64,000 nt of DNA. Source: Anaerolineae bacterium. GTDB taxonomy: Bacteria; Chloroflexota; Anaerolineae; Aggregatilineales; Phototrophicaceae. This document shows, piece after piece, positions 59,813 to 64,000 of this stretch (position 1 is its first letter; the number at the start of each line of letters is the position of its first letter). A program made the translations under genes and the position numbers. Below the pieces are notes generated by a model. The model ran no database searches and was not told where the DNA came from. It worked only from the letters and a program-made list of their open reading frames with translations. The stretch covers positions 7,366 through 71,365 of the forward strand of contig DAOTTO010000358.1 of assembly GCA_034437895.1 (NCBI GenBank). Reading direction: 5' to 3'.

Positions 59813-61939
59813 TTACCAGTAATCCTCGTAACCATCATATTGTTCTGCGTAACATTTATCGCACAAACGGTAACGATGATTGATCGGTAGCACCCGTCCA
59901 CACTGCGGACAGCGTCTAGATGTATCCAATTTTTGTAGCAAGGCGCGATCAATATTTTCCGACCATTTAAAGCGTAACTCGCGCACGTCTTCATGATGGG
60001 GCGCATAATCTTCAAAGTCGCGCCGCTGCGAAAGCCATAGGTAAATATCGGCTCCAGCAATAGCGAATTCTGTTTGTTCTAATTCCGCACTGCTCGTAAT
60101 GCGAGAAGGGGCGGGGATAGGTCTGGGCATGGCACGACCTGAGAGAATTGCATCGGCGCATTTGCGCCAGTAGCCTCGGCTGCTGTTGCGCGTAGGGGCA
60201 TTAATGAGCTTGAGCGCCGTCGCCAAACCGACTTTTTCGACTTCCTCACGGGTCAACATTTTGGCAAGTTCAATCGGTTCGGTCAAATCGGCAGTGCTGA
60301 TTTTGTCGCGGAGATTATCTGGGATAGATTGCAGCGCTGACCATTGAATAAGCTGATCTGCTAGGCCGCCTGGGATCATAATGAGGTCATCATAAGTGGG
60401 GGATACACGGGCGTGAGTAAGCGTAATTGGCTCGGCATTGAATAAACGGCGGATAATATTTAGATTACGCTTGTTAGTCGCACCGATCACACCTGCATTA
60501 GAAAAACCGAAGCGCCCGGCGCGTCCGCCGATTTGTTGAACTTCAGCGGTGGTCAACAGCCGTTTTTGTTTGCCATCAAATTTTTCTATTTCATAAAAAC
60601 AGACGTAATCGGCGGGTAGATTCAGCCCCATTCCAACGGCATCTGTCGCAATACAAATTTCGGTTTCTCCGTTAGCAAAACGATCTGCTTGCTTGCGGCG
60701 AACTTCCGGCGGCAAGTTCCCATAGACGACGGAAACGCGCCGTTTGCTTTGTTCTAAGATTGTTTTAAGGTGTAAAACAAGCTGCCTAGAGAAGGCGACT
60801 AAAATCGTATGTTCTGGGAGTTTTTCCAATGACCACGCCTCCTCCGCAATTGAAATCGGAGCGAGCCGTTCATGGCGGATGACTTCAAGCGGGATAGTTG
60901 CGGCTTGGGCGAGTTGGTCAATTAAACCTTCTGTTGTAGTGGGCGCAATGACGTGAAGTTCTGGCGATTGTGCCTCCATCAAGGCGCGTGTCCATGCCCA
61001 TCCTCGATCTGCATCAGCTAGCATTTGCGCTTCGTCGATGACGACGCATTCCCCGCTATAGGATGGATTGAACATCTCGATAGTGGCGGCGGTGATGGTT
61101 GCGCCGGGAATATCGATGTGTTCCTCACCTGTAAGTAGATTACAGGGTGTCCCGCGTTGATTTAGGCGATCAAAAATTTCAAAAGCCAATAAACGCAGCG
61201 GCGCGAGATACCATCCACTGCCTGCCTCTTCTAAGGCAATCAGCGCATCATGGGTTTTGCCGCTGTTGGGTGGCCCGATATGTAATGAAATGAACTGATC
61301 GCCGCGTCCTTCATGCGCCCATGCGGGGAATGCTGCCAAAAGACGATTACGAAGTTCGCTGAGTTGTTCGCGTTCTTGGCGACGTGCCTCGCGGATATGC
61401 TGTTTTCGTACTTCGCGTTTCGCTCGCCTTTCTTTACGTTGTTCCGCTTTGTGCTCGTGTATGAGTTCGCGGAATTCATGAAAGGTCTTTGGTAAGTCCC
61501 ACTGACCGCGCAAATCTTGCCATGTTAGCATCCCATTTTTTAGGCCTGCCTTTGCCAGCCCTTTTTTCATTTCCTCATACGTGATGTTACGTGCGAGGAT
61601 GAGGTCTTCCATTGGGATGCGCTGATAGGCGGTAATTTGCTCTAACCGGATCGTATCTGCTAATGCGCCTTCCACTTCGTAGGCGGGAATCCGCACTTGA
61701 TTTTCCGGGTCGATAAAACTTACAAGCACGCCTTTTACGATGGCTTGTTCAAGGGTAACTTTTTTGACCCCCAGTCGGTTGAGCGCTTCGTTTAGGGTAT
61801 AAGAACGCGCAGTTACTTGGCTTTGGAAAGTCTTTATATCACGGCGTGGATTGGGTTTAAAGACTTCTCCACACTGCTCTAACAAGGGCTGCCACAATTC
61901 ATCTGGAGTAGGAGTTAACAGTGGGTTGGAATTATTCAT
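59813..61939 (-). CDS. SUV3-like superfamily-2 helicase with an N-terminal excisionase-type HTH region, a basic coiled coil and a C-terminal zinc ribbon
   Basis: Walker A is GPPNSGKTHDAL and the DEAQ box is VVIDEAQML. SUV3-like motifs are VYGNLPPEVRRKQADRF, ATDAVGMGLNLP and QIGGRAGRFG. The N-terminal HTH-like segment is YTLNEALNRLGVKKVTLEQAIVKGVL...RIPAYEV. The C-terminal ribbon is CPQCG...CDKC. Confidence 0.8.
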   Translation of the reverse strand: MNNSNPLLTPTPDELWQPLLEQCGEVFKPNPRRDIKTFQSQVTARSYTLNEALNRLGVKKVTLEQAIVKGVLVSFIDPENQVRIPAYEVEGALADTIRLEQITAYQRIPMEDLILARNITYEEMKKGLAKAGLKNGMLTWQDLRGQWDLPKTFHEFRELIHEHKAEQRKERRAKREVRKQHIREARRQEREQLSELRNRLLAAFPAWAHEGRGDQFISLHIGPPNSGKTHDALIALEEAGSGWYLAPLRLLAFEIFDRLNQRGTPCNLLTGEEHIDIPGATITAATIEMFNPSYSGECVVIDEAQMLADADRGWAWTRALMEAQSPELHVIAPTTTEGLIDQLAQAATIPLEVIRHERLAPISIAEEAWSLEKLPEHTILVAFSRQLVLHLKTILEQSKRRVSVVYGNLPPEVRRKQADRFANGETEICIATDAVGMGLNLPADYVCFYEIEKFDGKQKRLLTTAEVQQIGGRAGRFGFSNAGVIGATNKRNLNIIRRLFNAEPITLTHARVSPTYDDLIMIPGGLADQLIQWSALQSIPDNLRDKISTADLTEPIELAKMLTREEVEKVGLATALKLINAPTRNSSRGYWRKCADAILSGRAMPRPIPAPSRITSSAELEQTEFAIAGADIYLWLSQRRDFEDYAPHHEDVRELRFKWSENIDRALLQKLDTSRRCPQCGRVLPINHRYRLCDKCYAEQYDGYEDYW

Positions 61940-61950
61940 TTTACTTTGGT

Positions 61951-62613
61951 CTAATCCATCGGATTTATCAAGCGGAAGCCGTGACCGCGTACTGTGATGA
62001 TATATTGGTTATCCGGGTCGTGTTCGGCTAATCGGTCACGCAAGCGGCGAATGAGGGCATCAATGGCTTGTTCACTTACGCCTTCTCCCATCACATCGGG
62101 CCACACGGCTTCTACGACTTCATCACGGGTGCAGATGTGACCGTTGCGATTATAGAAGAGTTCAATCAAGCGATATTGTGGGAGGCTCAACGGCGGGTCA
62201 AGTTCTTCATCGCCGATAAAAACACGTCGCGCTTCTCGGTCAATGCGAAGCCGTCCCCCGATGTGATCGGGTAATTCAAACGGGAGTGGGGCAGTCGCGC
62301 CGGAACCAATAAATAGGATTCGTACTGCCAGGGCGATATGAATCTCATCGCCGTCATACAGATCGCGCTTGCCCGTCAATTTTTGTCCGTTCACCCACGT
62401 TCCGTTGCGGCTTTCTAAATCTTCGACCTGATAGACACTTTCGGTTCGCACAATGCGGATGTGCTGGCGGGATATCTGGCGTTCTGGAATGACAATAGTA
62501 CATACATCATCGCGTCCGATAATGGTCTCATCTTCGTTTATTACCCAATGTTGATTGGCGTATTTTCCTTCAATGACGGTAAGAACGGGTTTTTCTGGTC
62601 TGCGCTCAGTCAT
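61951..62613 (-). CDS. FHA-domain protein fused to an OmpR/PhoB-type winged-helix DNA-binding domain
   Basis: The FHA segment is IIGRDDVCTIVIPERQISRQHIRI...SRNGTWVNGQKL. The wHTH segment is PQYRLIELFYNRNGHICTRDEVVEAVWP...ITVRGHGFRL. It ends 12 nt upstream of the helicase gene. Confidence 0.8.
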   Translation of the reverse strand: MTERRPEKPVLTVIEGKYANQHWVINEDETIIGRDDVCTIVIPERQISRQHIRIVRTESVYQVEDLESRNGTWVNGQKLTGKRDLYDGDEIHIALAVRILFIGSGATAPLPFELPDHIGGRLRIDREARRVFIGDEELDPPLSLPQYRLIELFYNRNGHICTRDEVVEAVWPDVMGEGVSEQAIDALIRRLRDRLAEHDPDNQYIITVRGHGFRLINPMD

Positions 62614-62693
62614 AAAAGCCTTCTTGCCTTTCTTGACGTGTTCTTAAATTCAATTGATTGCTCTATTATAACAGGAATGACTAAACCCGGATT

Positions 62694-63386
62694 CTATTGG
62701 ACACTGACGGGTATATCCACCGAATCCGACTCGGTTACACCGACCCATAGACCTTGATCGCCATAGATAGCGACACCTGTACCTACGGCTGAGGCTGTCC
62801 CGCTTGTATTGTTCCGATAAAACGCCTTGACGGAGCCAGAGCCTGTGCTGACAATTGATAAATCCGACGGGGCGAACTGATTCGGCTGTATCAGCGCACG
62901 ATGGACACAGCGCTGGCGCGGTCCGAGCAGGCGAATTTGTGTTTCTGGGTAGCCACCGACATTTTGTGCCGCTGCTGGAACGGGGACATTATTAAAGGCG
63001 ATCCCCAAACCGCTTTCGCCCGTCCCTGTGCCAATGACAACGCGTTCTGTGGTGACGAGAATGGGTATTGTGCCGATGGTATTATTGGTAACTGTTATCC
63101 ATACCACCAGTGGCCCATCAATCGCTGCAGGAAAATCGCTGGTTTTGATAGTTAGGCTGATGGGTGGGTTGACTCGGTTGGAGACAGCCCGGCCTAGCAA
63201 CGATTGATGAATGGCACGTTGATCGCCTGCCCGCAGCCAATCACAGGGTACGCCCTCATAGACAAAGGGAAATTGATCGGAGAGCAGGCGCGGGAGGACA
63301 TTTGGCCCCGCAAAGACTGCCAATAAAATCAATAAAAAGATACCCGCTATCGCGTTAGGATTTTCGGTACGGCTCACGTAACGCAT
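62694..63386 (-). CDS. Hypothetical membrane-anchored extracytoplasmic protein
   Basis: 230 aa. It has an N-terminal hydrophobic helix (IAGIFLLILLAVFAG) and then a beta-rich, Gly/Thr/Val-rich domain with no recognised motif. It starts 4 nt after the miaA stop. Confidence 0.5.
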   Translation of the reverse strand: MRYVSRTENPNAIAGIFLLILLAVFAGPNVLPRLLSDQFPFVYEGVPCDWLRAGDQRAIHQSLLGRAVSNRVNPPISLTIKTSDFPAAIDGPLVVWITVTNNTIGTIPILVTTERVVIGTGTGESGLGIAFNNVPVPAAAQNVGGYPETQIRLLGPRQRCVHRALIQPNQFAPSDLSIVSTGSGSVKAFYRNNTSGTASAVGTGVAIYGDQGLWVGVTESDSVDIPVSVQ

Positions 63387-63390
63387 AAGT

Positions 63391-64000
63391 TCAAATATGC
63401 TCTTTCAGCCAGTGGGCGCAATTTTGAATTAGCACCTCTCCGGTAATCTGTTCTCCATTATGCCATATTATGCCGTTATCGTGTCCCCTAAACCAAGTGA
63501 GTTGCCGCCGGATAAAATCATGGGTGGCATTTTTGGTTTCAATAACAGCCTGCTCAAGCGATAAACCATCCAAAAGATGTGCTGCAAGTTGGGCATAACC
63601 TAAGCCGCTGAGGGAGGGAAGAGCGCGATTATAGCCTTTGTCTAGTAAAGATTGGACTTCTTGAACGAATCCTTGTGCCATCATTTGATCAACACGGTGG
63701 TCTGCGCGTTCATATAAGGTTTGCCGTTCTACCATCAGTCCAAGTTCAAAAATAGCGTAAGGGGGTGGTTTTTTGCGCTGTAATTCGCTAAAGAGCTGAC
63801 CAGTTTCATAACAGACCTCTAAGGCACGGATGACACGGCGGACGTTATTCGGATGGATTTTTTCTGTGGCTGCCGGATCAATGGCGAGGAGCTTTTGATA
63901 AAGGGCTTCTGCACCGTTTAATACTGCGAATGATTCTAACTCGGCGCGTAAAATTTCATTGGGTGGGACTTGAGGGATAGACCAGCCTTCGGTTACAGCC
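63391..64000 (-). CDS. miaA: tRNA dimethylallyltransferase, C-terminal part (5' end lies outside the window)
   Basis: My own reverse translation shows the frame stays open from 63735 to the window edge (...EGWSIPQVPPNEILRAELE...LLAIDPAATEKIHPNNVRRVIRALEVCYETG...), which is typical MiaA. The ORF track only lists it from the internal Met at 63735. Confidence 0.9.
   Translation of the reverse strand, partial: AVTEGWSIPQVPPNEILRAELESFAVLNGAEALYQKLLAIDPAATEKIHPNNVRRVIRALEVCYETGQLFSELQRKKPPPYAIFELGLMVERQTLYERADHRVDQMMAQGFVQEVQSLLDKGYNRALPSLSGLGYAQLAAHLLDGLSLEQAVIETKNATHDFIRRQLTWFRGHDNGIIWHNGEQITGEVLIQNCAHWLKEHI

Overview
This is a chromosomal, mostly housekeeping segment with moderate GC by eye. 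I call 51 protein-coding genes (two cut by the window edges) and one tRNA-Leu(UAG). I saw no rRNA, CRISPR array, transposase, integrase or phage genes. Gene order from left to right: atpD' (3' end)-atpC, mreB, rex, tRNA-Leu, tig-clpP-clpX, an AAA+ ATPase module, obg-nadD, a Ser/Thr kinase-HD operon, aspA, sod, two tandem EamA transporters, a cell-envelope cluster (LysM/L,D-transpeptidase, PD40 protein, M23 peptidase, PPC-repeat protein, lipoprotein), an S1-domain protein, prfB, a stand-alone rpoC, a GH lipoprotein, gyrA, a SARP-like regulator, relA/spoT, moeA, VKOR, trmH, ftsY, moaC, a moaD-moaE fusion, fabF-rnc, a membrane-EEP protein, an MtaD-like deaminase fused to a CYTH-like domain, and a miaA'-hypothetical-FHA/wHTH-SUV3-like helicase operon. 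The content suggests a Chloroflexota-like organism: T/P-rich linkers, rpoC uncoupled from rpoB, the MoaD-MoaE fusion, Rex, and CACAGAG-type intergenic palindromic repeats. That placement is an inference and cannot be confirmed without a database search. I found no classical accessory island or defence island. Five loci stand out as least explained. (1) The AAA+ ATPase, novel-domain atypical receiver and TM-protein module (8.7-12.0 kb), whose N-terminal domain has a stand-alone paralog at 2.9 kb next to a GbsR-type regulator. (2) The deaminase-CYTH fusion with a degenerate ExExK motif. (3) The FHA-wHTH regulator with an HTH/SUV3-like/Zn-ribbon helicase. (4) A secreted PPC/DUF2135-like repeat protein. 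(5) A dispersed 9-nt-phased CACAGAG repeat family. All functional calls come from motif recognition in the supplied translations. No homology search was run.
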